Shown here piece by piece: positions 52,900 to 64,000 of a stretch of 64,000 bases of DNA (its first letter is position 1; each line of letters begins with the position of its first letter). Location of the stretch: assembly GCA_050575255.1 (NCBI GenBank), contig JBNZDD010013729.1, forward strand, positions 8,912,028 to 8,976,027, written 5' to 3'. The stretch comes from Harriotta raleighana (Eukaryota). Made by a program: the position numbers and the translations under genes. The notes under the pieces are model-generated. The model saw only the letters and a list, made by a program, of their open reading frames with translations. It did no database searches and was not told the origin of the DNA.

Positions 52900-53029
52900 G
52901 TACGTTTACAATATGAGATAGTCTATCTCCTGCAATTTCTGATAAGAATGATAAGGTTACTACTTGAGAAGATTGTTTCCCTATGAACTGGATATAGTAA
53001 TTATATAATGTAATGCTTCTTGGGTTCAG

Positions 53030-53129
53030 ATCGAGGTTCCTATTGTGGACCACAATCAATGCAGGAGTGTGTATGCTGCTCTCGGCAGACAGGTGACTGA
53101 TGATATGATATGTGCAGGACTACAGCAAG
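53030..53129 (+). CDS. MASP1: MASP-1 protease exon 5
   Basis: gttcag|ATC...CAAG|gtaaag; IEVPIVDHNQCRSVYAALGRQVTDDMICAGLQQ. Confidence 0.93.
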
Positions 53130-53526
53130 GTAAAGGCTTCATTTTTACCATTTGTCAATACTTGGGGAAATAAAGGGGTATCCAGGGGTATGAAGGAGGA
53201 AAACCTGATTTAAAAATCTGATCTAATCTAATAAAATTGTGCAAGTCTTAATAGGCTGGGTGTCATACACCTGATCAAATGTTATTATTTTGTTATATTT
53301 CTGTTACAATAATCCTTCCTTATTACACCAAACTTAGTTGCTCCCTTAGGTGCAATCTTCAGATCTACTTTGTGAAGGGACTGATTCACTTGTCCAGCAG
53401 TGCCTCAGTCCTCTACAGTTCAGTTTATAAATTGCTAAATTGGTAGGGAGTAACTATTCTCCCAAAATAACCATTCCGGTTATATTTTGAGTGGAAGATG
53501 TAATGGTTTTCTCACTTGTTGCCCAG

Positions 53527-53720
53527 GGGGAAGTGATGCATGTCAGGGAGACTCAGGAGGACCTATGGTGATGATGGACAGACAATCGCTGAACTGGTTC
53601 CTTCTTGCCACCGTGTCCTGGGGAGACGGCTGTGGTGAGGATAACAAATACGGTGTTTATTCAGACATCCAGAAAAGTCTGGCATGGATCCAAAATGTAA
53701 CCGGTGTCAAGAATGTTTAG
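53527..53720 (+). CDS. MASP1: MASP-1 protease exon 6 (catalytic Ser, stop)
   Basis: gcccag|GG; [15 protein letters not shown] (Ser codon TCA)...[36 protein letters not shown]. Confidence 0.95.
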
Positions 53721-53944
53721 GAAAAAGTTGTGAAGTCAGAAATCTGAATGCATTTTCACAAATGATCAGTTTTGTTTAGGATCGTGTAGAACAACACATT
53801 GTATATATTTTGTTCTCAAGAGAAATATACTTAATTTAACATCATACTACTATAAATTGATGAATAAGATGTTGACCAATTTAAGATATACTAAGTGTTT
53901 TTATGATAATTCATTTTTATTATTTATTATCAGTTGTACTTTTT

Positions 53945-53950
53945 AATAAA
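53945..53950 (+). terminator. Candidate MASP-1 poly(A) signal AATAAA
   Basis: AATAAA about 225 nt after the stop, in U-rich context. Confidence 0.65.
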
Positions 53951-54194
53951 GAAATCAAAATAATTGAATGCATACTTTTAAAAACATTTATTAAGTTAAT
54001 TTTGTTTTCTTTGGCTTCCCAACTGCTCATCTCACACTTGTCTTCTTTCTTCTTATCATTTCTGTTGTTCTTATTGCTCCTTGGAAGTTTCCTTTCTTGT
54101 AAAAAGCTTTCTTGCAAAGCTTCAAGTAGACTGTCCTTATATTCTGTATCGTCAATGTTTCCTCTATTTTTGAAACTCCTTCGCTTCCTCCCAC

Positions 54195-55165
54195 ACTCAC
54201 CTTTTCTCTAACTCTCTCTCACACACTCACCTCTCTGATTCTCACATATACTCATCTCTCTAACTCTCTCACACACTCACCTCTCTAACTCTCACACACT
54301 CACCTTTCCTGACTCTCACACACTCACCTTCTCTCTAACTCTCACACACACTCACCTCTCTAACTCTCACCTCTCTCACACTCACCTTTCCTGACTCACA
54401 TACTCACCTTCTCTCTAACTCTCTCACACACTCACCTCTAACTCTCACACACTCACCTCTCACATGACTCTCTCACACACTCACCTTCTCTAACTCTCTC
54501 ACACACTCACCTCTCTAACTCTCACACACTCACCTTTCCTCTGATTCTCACACACTCACCTTTCCTGACTCTCACACTCATCTCTCTAACTCTCACACAC
54601 ACTCACCTCTCTAACTCTCACCTCTCACACTCACCTTTCCTGACTCGCACACNCTCACACACACTCACCTCTCTAACTCTCACCTCTCTCACACTCACCT
54701 TTCCTGACTCACATACTCACCTTCTCTCTAACTCTCTCACACACTCACCTCTAACTCTCACACACTCACCTCTCACATGACTCTCTCACACACTCACCTT
54801 CTCTAACTCTCTCACACACTCACCTCTCTAACTCTCTCTCACACTCACCTTTTCTCCGACTCTCTCACACACTCATCTCTCTGACTCTCACACTCCTTTC
54901 CTCTGACTCTCACACTCCTTTCCTCTGACTCTCATACACACACACTCACCTCTCTGACTCACACACACACTCACTTTCTCTGACTCACACACACACACTC
55001 ACCTTCTCTCTGACTCTCACACACACACTCACCTTCTCTCTGACTCTCACACACACACACACACCTCTCTGACTCTCTCTCACACACACACTCACCTTCT
55101 CTCTGACTCTCTCACACACACACTCACCTTCTCTCTGACTCTNTCTCTCACCTCCTCTCTCTCCC
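54195..55165. repeat. Degenerate C/T/A-rich minisatellite (unit about 20-25 bp, e.g. CTCACACACTCACCTCTCTAACT)
   Basis: Dozens of imperfect tandem units; very few G on the + strand. Confidence 0.9.
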
Positions 55166-55194
55166 CCACATCCTGGTCCTGACCCTCTCTCCCC

Positions 55195-55237
55195 ACATCG
55201 TACGGGAAGTGACGTCACGTGCAGCAGATGGCGGCCG
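55195..55237 (+). promoter_or_regulatory. MYNN: MYNN core promoter and exon 1: overlapping ETS (GGAAGT), CRE (TGACGTCA), E-box (CACGTG) and YY1-like (CAGATGGCGGC) motifs, then a splice donor
   Basis: cgggaagtgacgtcacgtgcagcagatggcggccg|gtgagt at the start of a GC/CpG-rich island (to about 55930). Confidence 0.8.
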
Positions 55238-56929
55238 GTGAGTGAGAGAGAGAGAGAGAGAGAGAGCGGGGAAACAGTGGGGGGGAGGGATACCGGGGGC
55301 GGAGAGGGATACCGGGGGGGGGAAGGGATTCCGGGGGGAGGGGAGAGAGGGATAGTGGGGGGGGTTACCGGGGGGGTGGGGAAGAGAGAGGGATACGGGC
55401 GGGGGGGGGGGGGGGGGGGGGGGGGNGGAGGAGGAGAGAGGGATGGGGATGGAGAGCCATCGGGGGGACCGAGGGACAAAGGGGAGGGGGGGCGTGGGGG
55501 GAGACACGGGGGGGGGCAGAGGCACAGGGAGGACAGTGACACGTGGGGGACGACGACGAGGGACACAGACACCGGGTGGGGGTGGCGGAGACTCCCGTGG
55601 GGGGCACACAGACACACGGGGCAGGTTGACAGACACAAGACAGGGGTAGAGATACAGCTATGGATAGAGATACAATGATAGGGTCAGAAATATAGATAGA
55701 CACAGGACAGGGACATGGGATAATGTGTTTGGGGCCGGGATACACTGGGTTTGGGGCCGGGATACACTGGGATTGGGGCCGGGATGTACAGAAAGAAACG
55801 TCGCTGTGACTTTACGTAATGTTGGAGACCATCAGGTCACCACCGTTGAACAACAACAAAATGACATTTCTAGAGAACCTTTCACATCGGGAGGACGTCC
55901 CAAGGCGCTGAACGGTCAGGTCGGGACCCGAGCAAGGGAGAGGGGCAGGTTAGGGAGAGGGAGGGGTGGGAGAGAGTTGGATGGGGAGGAAGAGAATTCT
56001 CATTTCTAATAATAATAAACACAAACTTGTTAAATCTCTTTATTATTACCATATCCCAGTGAATCAATGCCACATTTTCTTCATTTCTTTCATATCCGCC
56101 CTATAATGTGGCCTAATACCTTCCAGAAGTTCAACATTATCTTTTTACTCTGTCTGTAAATTCAAAACCTAGTCCTGTATTCCATTTACTCCTTAGACGC
56201 TTGATTTGTATAACTGCACACTTGCTGTACCTCTTTTTTTTTAAAAAAACTTGCAAGTTATAGTGTATTTATTTTGTCTGCTCCTAATATCAAACACCAA
56301 CAATAAAATTACACTTGTACTGTACAGCGCCTTTCAGGTCAGGAGTAGGTCCCAAGGCGCTGGACACACATTGTAAAATCAGACCTGAGCTGGGGACGGG
56401 GAGGGTGGAAGGAAAGGGGAGTGTTACTAAACTACTTCACATTTTATGACATTTAAGTTCACCTTCTATGTGTCTGCCCATCCTGGAAGCCACTATATAT
56501 ACACCCTGTATAAGCTTGAATATGAATGTTTCACAATCATTATCACAATTTGCACTGATTCAGTATGAAGGCACTTTGCTGACCAGAATTTCTAGTCTGT
56601 GTGATTTAATTTTTTTTTATAAAAGCCTTGTCAGTTCAGAAAATTTATATTTGTTTATATATTTCCATGAGTTCACTTCAGATTGTCTTCTACAGACTAA
56701 AATAATAATAATCTTTGCATTTGATACAGTGCCTTATCACGTCCTTGAGATGTTTCAAAGCGCTTCACAGGATATATTGTAAAGTGAATTTTGTGGGCGA
56801 AATGTGTAACCAGTTGCGCATAGTAACAGTCATGAACTGAAGTGACCAATTTTTTTTTCTTTTTGAAGGAATTATTAACCCCAGAAAAGTGATTCATCCA
56901 TCGATTAACACCCGGGTTCCTAATTATTG

Positions 56930-58280
56930 CCAGGTAAAGAGAGGCTGCTCCGATCGCCTCATCATCCTCAGCGACTCAACCTCCGTTTCACCTCCTCTTG
57001 CTCCACCTCCTTGGGTTTCCCCCTCCTCTCCTCTCTCAACCTCTCCTTCCACATCCATTCCGCCACCCACGTTCATGACCACCCGCTTGATCTGGTGATC
57101 ACTCGAGGCCTCAGTGTCTCGGATGTCACCATCACTGACAAGGCCATCTCCGATCATGATTTCATCTCCTTCAACTCCTCTATCCCTCTCCCCACTGCTT
57201 CCAAACCTACCACCATCTTCTACCGCCCATGGAAGAAGATCTCCCTATAATCCCTCTCCACTACCTTGGAGTCTTCTGAAATCCAACCCCCCTCTGACCC
57301 ACCTCCCGCACCGACCCATCCTCTGCACTTACTCTCCTCCACAACACTGTCTCCACTGCACTCAATGCCCTTGCCCCTCTCACCTCCTGAACCACCCACC
57401 TCCTATTCTCGAACCTCACCCTGGTTCACCATCCAGCTCTGTTCACTGAGGGCCACTGAACGCCCTTGGCTCAAATCCGGCCGAGCGGTCCACCAGCATA
57501 TCTGGTTCGACCGCATCAAAGTTTACTGCTCCACTCTGGCCTCTGCCAAATCGTCCATCTATTCCAGCATAGACTGCTGTTCCCCACCACAAACCGGTTC
57601 CTCCGCCCTCCCCGCCATGCCTCGCAGATCCTATCCTCTAATTCCCACTATGAGGAGATGCTGGATTTCCTTGAGTCCAAAATCCCTTCCAACTTTTATC
57701 CACTCCCCATCTCACATTCCGACTCCTACCCTCCTTCCACACCTTCAAACCTGGCTCCCCCTCTGTCATCACAACCATATCTGCTATGAAGCCCACCACC
57801 TGCTCCCAGGACCCCAACCCCACCCCTATCCTTATCTCCACCTTCTTGCCCCAATGCTCGCTGACAGTATCAACCTGTCCCTTTCATTCTGGCACCGTTC
57901 CCACACCCCTCAAAACAGCCGCTATCAGCCTCATCCTTAAAAAATCTTTCCTTGATGCGTCGCAGCTTTCAAGTTACTGGCTCATCTCCAACCTCCCTTT
58001 TCTATTGAAGATCCTTGAAAGAGTCGTTGTCTCCCAGCTTTGCTCGTTTCTTTCATCCCACTCCCTCCAGGAGCCCCTCCAATCAGCTTCTATGCTGTCC
58101 ACGGAAACTGCCCTGGTCAAGGTCAGAAATGATATCCTGACCATTTTTGACCAGGGATCCCTCTGCCTACATGTCCTCCCTGACCTATCTGCTGCCTTCA
58201 ATACCGTGGACATTTCAATCCTCCGCCACCCCCATTCATCCCACCTCAACCTTCAACCTCCCACCTCAGCCCTGCCCCAG
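56930..58280 (+). mobile_element. L2-type LINE fragment (EN to RT) in MYNN intron 1
   Basis: HPLDLVITRG..SDHDFISF; ISNLPFLLKILERVV; STETALVKVRNDIL; DLSAAFNTVD. Confidence 0.9.
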
Positions 58281-58586
58281 CTCAGAGTCAGTCTCCGCCA
58301 CTATTCAACTCTTAGACGCTACCCAATGGGATGGTGTTACATATATGCACATGGTTGTTGTTACCCTGCCATAGAATATTCACCATTCTGGGGGTTTAGT
58401 ATGGAATGCATTCCTGCGATACAATTATGTATTTTGGACTTTAATTATATTATGCATTAACAAGGTTGGGGGTTTGAAGGGAAGTTTATGAGACATATTA
58501 TCACTGTGATGAATAAATAATTGATTTGTGGAAGAATTAAGCTGATGTATTTGTAATACTTTGCAGCACCGAAGAGGACTGTCAGC

Positions 58587-58882
58587 ATGCAACAGAACCA
58601 GCTTTGCCCCAATGCCAGCGAGCTGCAGGACCAGCATTGCATGCAGCTTCTTGACCAGCTGAACAAGCAGAGAGAGAATGGCTTTCTATGTGACTGTACA
58701 GTTGTGATTGGTCAGCTGCAGTTCCAAGCTCACCGTAATGTGCTTGCAGCGTTCAGTGGGTATTTCAGAGCTGTGTACGCACTGGAGAGCCGTGTGGTAT
58801 TCCTGGATCAGAGCCAGATCAGCACTGAGGGGTTTCATAAACTGCTGGATTTTATATACACTGGAAACATTAATATTGATGG
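58587..58882 (+). CDS. MYNN: MYNN exon 2: BTB/POZ domain (acceptor at 58567)
   Basis: QHCMQLLDQLNKQRENGFLCDCTVVIGQLQFQAHRNVLAAFSGYF...VFLDQSQISTEGFHKLLDFIYTG resembles the myoneurin N-terminus; GG|gtaag donor. Confidence 0.93.
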
Positions 58883-59671
58883 GTAAGAAACAATGTTCTG
58901 TGTTTGTTGGCTCTTGACTGAAAGACAGTTGTACAATTGAACACTTCACGAGGATATCTGAGATTTTGTACTTTGTAGTAACATTTGCAAACCTCNCTCT
59001 TGACTGAAAGACAGTTGTACAATTGAACACTTCACGAGGATATCTGAGATTTTGTACTTTGTAGTAACATTTGCTCAGCCCTCTGGCACCACCCTAGTGT
59101 CCATGGAGGATTGAAAGATTGTGGCCAGAGCCTCTGTTATTTGCACCCTCAGTAACCTAGGGTGCATCCCATCCTGATTGGGTGACTCATCTACATTGAG
59201 CACCGACAATCTTTTCAGTACTTTTGTCTACAAATATACAGTCAATTCACTTTACAACATATTCTGTGAAGCGTTCTGAGACTTCTAGAAGACGTGAAAA
59301 GCGCTATATCAAATGCAAGGATTAGTATTATTATGACTACCTCTTGGTTTATTCTTATGTTATCCAATTTCTCTCCTGTCTTNCTACAAATATACAGTCA
59401 ATTCACTTTACAACATATTCTGTGAAGCGTTCTGAGACTTCTAGAAGACGTGAAAAGCGCTATATCAAATGCAAGGATTAGTATTATTATGACTACCTCT
59501 TGGTTTATTATGTTATCCAATTTCTCTCCTGTCTCNTATATCAAATGCAAGGATTAGTATTATTATGACTACCTCTTGGTTTATTCTTATGTTATCCAAT
59601 TTCTCTCCTGTCTTCTCTGATACTGTGGAATTGACTGCATCCTCTTCTTTTGTGAAGACAGATGCACAGTA

Positions 59672-60270
59672 CATGTAGACCCCGCTTAACGTCGTAGTTT
59701 GGTTCTTGAAAAGTGCAACTTTAAATGAAAAGATGTTAGGCAAATATATTTTTTCCATTAGGATGAATGTGAAAACTGTAGTTAGCTTCTTTTGGACATT
59801 TTTCGTCAAAAGTTTCTAAAAAAAAAACATAAAACTCACTCGCTCCTTGACTGCTTGCTTGGCTCACTCACCCGCTGTAGGTCTCACTCACTGCCGGTCT
59901 CACATGCTGCTGGCTGACTCTCTCTCTTTCTCTCTCGCTGCCAGCCTGGCTCACTCCCAGCTCCTAGTGCCATCATGTCCNAAAAAAAACATAAAACTCA
60001 CTCGCTCCTTGACTGCTTGCTTGGCTCACTCACCCGCTGTAGGTCTCACTCACCGCCGGTCTCACATGCTGCTGGCTGGCTCTCTCTCTTTCTCTCTCTC
60101 TCTCTCTCGCTGCCAGCCTGGCTCACTCCCAGCTCCTAGTGCCATCATGTCCCCTTTCCACCTGCATGAATGACGTAATAGCAAACGTCACAACAATAAA
60201 TGAATATATGTTCCCAATGTGTCAGCAACGTAATAATGTTAAGCGGGGCAACATTAAGTGGGTCTACTTG
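59672..60270. mobile_element. Tc1/mariner (Tigger-like) MITE; partial second copy at about 63050-63290
   Basis: Termini TA|CATGTAGACCCCGCTTAACG...CATTAAGTGGGTCTACTTG are imperfect inverted repeats. Confidence 0.55.
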
Positions 60271-61452
60271 GCTCCCCATCAGCCAGAGGATCCAATTCAA
60301 GTTCAGCAACAATGCCCTCTGCCTCCACAAGACGATTTCCTCTTTGGTCCCTAATTGGACCCACCATAGCAAGACCGAGGCCTTCCTCATTGACTTGCCC
60401 CTTCGCCAAGCACCATCAGTGCTTTCACGCATCAAGCACCATCAACCTCCATGGTTGCACATTCAACCTTACCAAGCCAGTCAGGAACCTAGGTGTCTTG
60501 TTCGATCCTCAACTGTCTTTCCTCACCCAATCCCAGCCATGATCCGCTCTGCCTTTCCTCACCTCCGTAATTTTGCCTGACTCCGCCATTACCTCAGCCC
60601 CCCAAGCCGCTGAAACCATCATTCACACCACATCATATCTGGGTCGACTACGCAAATGCCCTGCTTGTCAGCCTTCCCGATTCCTCCCTCCATAGGTTGC
60701 AGATAATCCAGAACTNGGAACCTAGGTGTCTTGTTCGATCCTCAACTGTCTTTCCTCACCCAATCCCAGCCATGATCCGCTCTGCCTTTCCTCACCTCCG
60801 TAATTTTGCCTGACTCCGCCATTACCTCAGCCCCCCAAGCCGCTGAAACCATCATTCACACCACATCATATCTGGGTCGACTACGCAAATGCCCTGCTTG
60901 TCAGCCTTCCCGATTCCTCCCTCCATAGGTTGCAGATAATCCAGAACTGACAATACCAACCTAGTTGAGGATCAAGTGAGAAAATATGTGTGAATCCCCA
61001 TAAAATATATAGCAGGAATGTCATAGGAAACGATGGTAAATACAACAGGAAATAATCGATTGAGCCTCTTATCCACGTTGTTTACTTTCAACTTTTTCTT
61101 GAAACTGAATTAACGTAATGTGTCAGAAATAGATTCCATAATGAACACAATTAATCTCATTTACAAACATCAAACTAATTTCATGTTTGTAAATCAAATT
61201 ATTTGTGGTAATTGTGGCCTTTATTTCTGACTTTACCAATTTGTAATTCTCTATAATATGTTATAAATATCTACAATCCAACACAGTATTCACAAAATAA
61301 AATTTGCAATAAACATAATAAATTGTTTGTGAATTTTAAAATTAGATCCCAAGATTAATTAATACAAATCCTGAATTTTATAACTTTTTTTATCATCTAA
61401 TTTTGAGAGAAGGGGAGGAATGTTTCTAATGCCTGCTTCTGTCTATCCGTAG

Positions 61453-62336
61453 ATATAACGCTGCTGAAATCCATGTGGCTGCTAGTTACCTTCAGTTGGA
61501 GGAGGTAACTAGAATCTGTAAAGCAAAGAGTGATGCTCTGACTATTAACTTGAGCCCCATCTCTAAAGGACATTCTGACATACAGAAAAATGCTGATCGA
61601 AGCAATGGCAATACTTGCATCTCCCCTTCACTTGTAGAGAGTGGTGTCTCCCGAGGGAAGAGGATCCGGCTCTCCCGGGGAGAGCAGGGCACAGCAGTTG
61701 AAAGTCAAAATGTGCAAGATAATTGTGAGATGAGTTGTGACTGCAAAGTGCAATTCTACTTGCAATCAGAGAACATGGAAACGAAAGAAAGAGGAGCAAG
61801 GAAAACAAAAAAATTTGACCCAGATCGGAATTCAGCAAAGGGAGAAAATACAGGCAATGGATCCAATTGTATACGAGTCAAACAGAAACATAAGTATTGT
61901 GTTAGAAAGATGGAAGACATTAAAGAGCATGGCGGGAGGTTGGTGGTGTTACCTGAGCCAGTAGTTCATGTAGAGTTAGAATCTGGCAGTGATCCTGAAT
62001 CTGTCTTATCCAATGACTATAAAAATCTTTTAGCTGAGAATACAACTGTTCAAAACACAAATGGAAAACAGAAGCGTAGTCGAATACAGAGCAATGGTCC
62101 ATTGCCAGAACAATGCAAACAGAACTCAGAACCTCAAGAAAATCGTCTTGAGTCAGAAGGGAAGGAGCTGAAAATGAAGCCAATTTGTAACATGTGTGGA
62201 AAGATGTTCTCTGAAGCCAGCAGTCTCCGACGACACATGAGGATTCACAAAGGACTAAAACCGTACATTTGTCATCTCTGTGGAAAAGCCTTTACTCAAT
62301 GCAATCAGCTGAAAACACATGTCAGGACCCATACAG
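61453..62336 (+). CDS. MYNN: MYNN exon 3: end of BTB, linker, first two C2H2 zinc fingers (gene continues beyond the window)
   Basis: cgtag|A TAT AAC; ...[54 protein letters not shown]|gtga, the myoneurin ZF1-ZF2 signature. Confidence 0.94.
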
Positions 62337-63544
62337 GTGATATGGAATGGGCTAGAACCCTATATTTGTGTCGGTTTGAGACACTGTATGCTATATAGCA
62401 GCGTCTAGAAGCCCAAAATTCAACCTAGTCTTACACTAGCCGTAGCCTGTGAGATAATCTTGAGCCACGGTCAAAGTTACAGTTAATAGACTTTCAGTTA
62501 ATGACCTGGGATTGGGATCCTTGTGACTCCATGTTCTCCTTGACCTCTCTGCTACTATTTACACTGTAGCTCTATCCTCTATCGCTCTATCCGCCTTGAT
62601 CAGTTCTTCACCCTCCTCCGATTTTGCCCTTTCCTGGTTCCATTCCTCCTTGTCCAATCACTTCCACTTTGTTTCCTCTAATAGTTTCTCTTTCTGTTCC
62701 TGCATCATGCCACAAATTTCTGCAACTACCTCCCTAAATTCCTCCGCCTCTTCACCTCTGTCTGTAAATGTTCCTGGAAGTCTTAAGTCTTAAAAAGAAT
62801 CAATTTCTTTTTAGGAACNCTACCTCCCTAAATTCCTCCGCCTCTTCACCTCTGTCTGTAAATGTTCCTTTAAGTCTTAAAAAGAATCAATTTCTTTTTA
62901 GGAACTAGAAAATCTCAATTTAAAACTGAGTTGAGGAATTTTCCACAATTCTGTCATTTTAAACATTAACACAAACATAGTCTCATCCATCTCACAGGCT
63001 GAGACTCTGGAGTTTCAACCCTGCAGGTCAACGCCCCATTGATCAATAAACTGCCTTGCTCTCTCACTTCCAGCCTGGCTCACTCCCAGCCTGCTGGTCA
63101 CTCTCTTGATGGGCAGGCCCCAACTCCATCGTGTCTCCTTTCCACCCGTGTGAACGACAAAATATCTGAACATTTTGGGATATCGTAATAGCGAACATCG
63201 CAACATTAAATGAATATATGTTCCCTATGTATGTATGCAACGTAATAACAAAAGAACGTAAACCGAGGCAACATTGAACGGGGTTATATTGATAAATGAA
63301 GCTGAATGATTTTCTGATGAATGTAAGAGTAGCTGAGATAATTGAAGGAAATGTTGTTGCAAATCCGGTCTTCTCTCACAGTGTTGTGAATGTTGTAATT
63401 TAATATGTGAAGTTTGCCAATCTTTAAAAGTGATCAAACCATGTTTTAAGAATGGAAAGGGCAAATATTGTAACATTGTTAGTTGTTCTTTATTAATATT
63501 CCTGCTGAATATCTGCTGTGGAGGCATTGAGGTTTATAATACAG

Positions 63545-64000
63545 TCTCTAATAAGTTGAAGCTCTCTCAACAATGCTCTGTGGCATTGAGTAAAGCAAAG
63601 CAGATGTTGGGATGTTTCACAAGATCAATAGCAAGCTGAAATAGTGGAGTATTCCTGCCACTACATTGCATTTGTGGTACCATGTTTAGAGTACTATGTA
63701 CAGTCCTGGTCGGCGCAGTACAAAAAGGATATTGAAGAAATCGAGAGGATGCAGAGATGGGCAACCAAAATGTTTGAGGAAATGGACTATGAAGTAAATT
63801 GGGCATGTTCACACAGGAAAAGAGTAGATTAAAAGGTAATATGATTGCTGTCTTTAAGATTATAAAGGGGCAAGACAAAGTAGATCATGACAGGCTGTTT
63901 CAACTTGTCCAGAATGGTAAACCCAGAGAACACAAGCAATTGAAGGGGGATAAATTTGGAACATATCTGCACAAACATATTTCAGTGAGTGAATAGTAAA
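63545..64000 (+). mobile_element. CR1 LINE 3' fragment
   Basis: PCLEYYVQSWS..YKKDIEEIERMQRWATKM; RLKGNMIAVFKIIKG. Confidence 0.85.

Noticed and set aside
41901-53720. Two separate protease genes, or a C1r/C1s/MASP2 assignment
   Set aside because: Both protease cassettes start in phase 1 with VCG and accept the same CCP2 donor; the layout and motifs are those of MASP1/3
53920-54190. Antisense ORF (…DSLLEALQESFLQERK…) downstream of MASP-1
   Set aside because: No proper start or splice support; overlaps the AT-rich 3' flank; no recognisable domain
54195-55165. CRISPR-like array
   Set aside because: Eukaryotic context; degenerate tandem units without unique spacers; no cas genes
54985-55745. 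Long Pro- or Gly-rich ORFs on both strands
   Set aside because: Produced by G-rich low-complexity sequence in the MYNN CpG island and intron 1
53950-56000. Telomerase RNA (TERC) expected near MYNN by human synteny
   Set aside because: No CTAACCCTAA-type template in a GC-rich structured context on either strand; the minisatellite has CTCTAACT, not telomeric units

Overview
Eukaryotic (vertebrate) genomic DNA, most likely from a cartilaginous fish (shark/ray/chimaera); this is inferred from the repeat landscape of CR1, L2-type LINEs, Deu-domain SINEs and Penelope remnants. Two plus-strand multi-exon genes are supported by exon-by-exon translation with GT-AG sites and consistent phases. (1) The complement lectin-pathway gene MASP1/3 (ATG at 14028, last stop at 53720). 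It has shared CUB1-EGF-CUB2-CCP1-CCP2 exons, a single-exon MASP-3 protease domain (catalytic Ser codon AGT) and a six-exon MASP-1 protease domain (Ser codon TCA, histidine-loop cysteines). The first CUB2 exon is absent and most likely lies in the 355-N gap. A candidate MAp44-type terminal exon sits at 36668. (2) The 5' part of MYNN (myoneurin; BTB plus C2H2 zinc fingers), starting from a CpG-rich promoter about 1.3 kb after the MASP-1 poly(A) signal. The remainder is mostly decayed transposons, low-complexity tracts and assembly artefacts (duplications around single Ns). I cannot demonstrate a wholly new system. The best leads are: the candidate MAp44 exon; three copies of an old repeat in +/-/+ orientation around the MASP-3/MASP-1 splice choice (possible competing RNA pairing); an L2 tail that supplies the acceptor of a conserved exon; and an in-frame upstream ATG for MYNN. 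Repeat boundaries are approximate.
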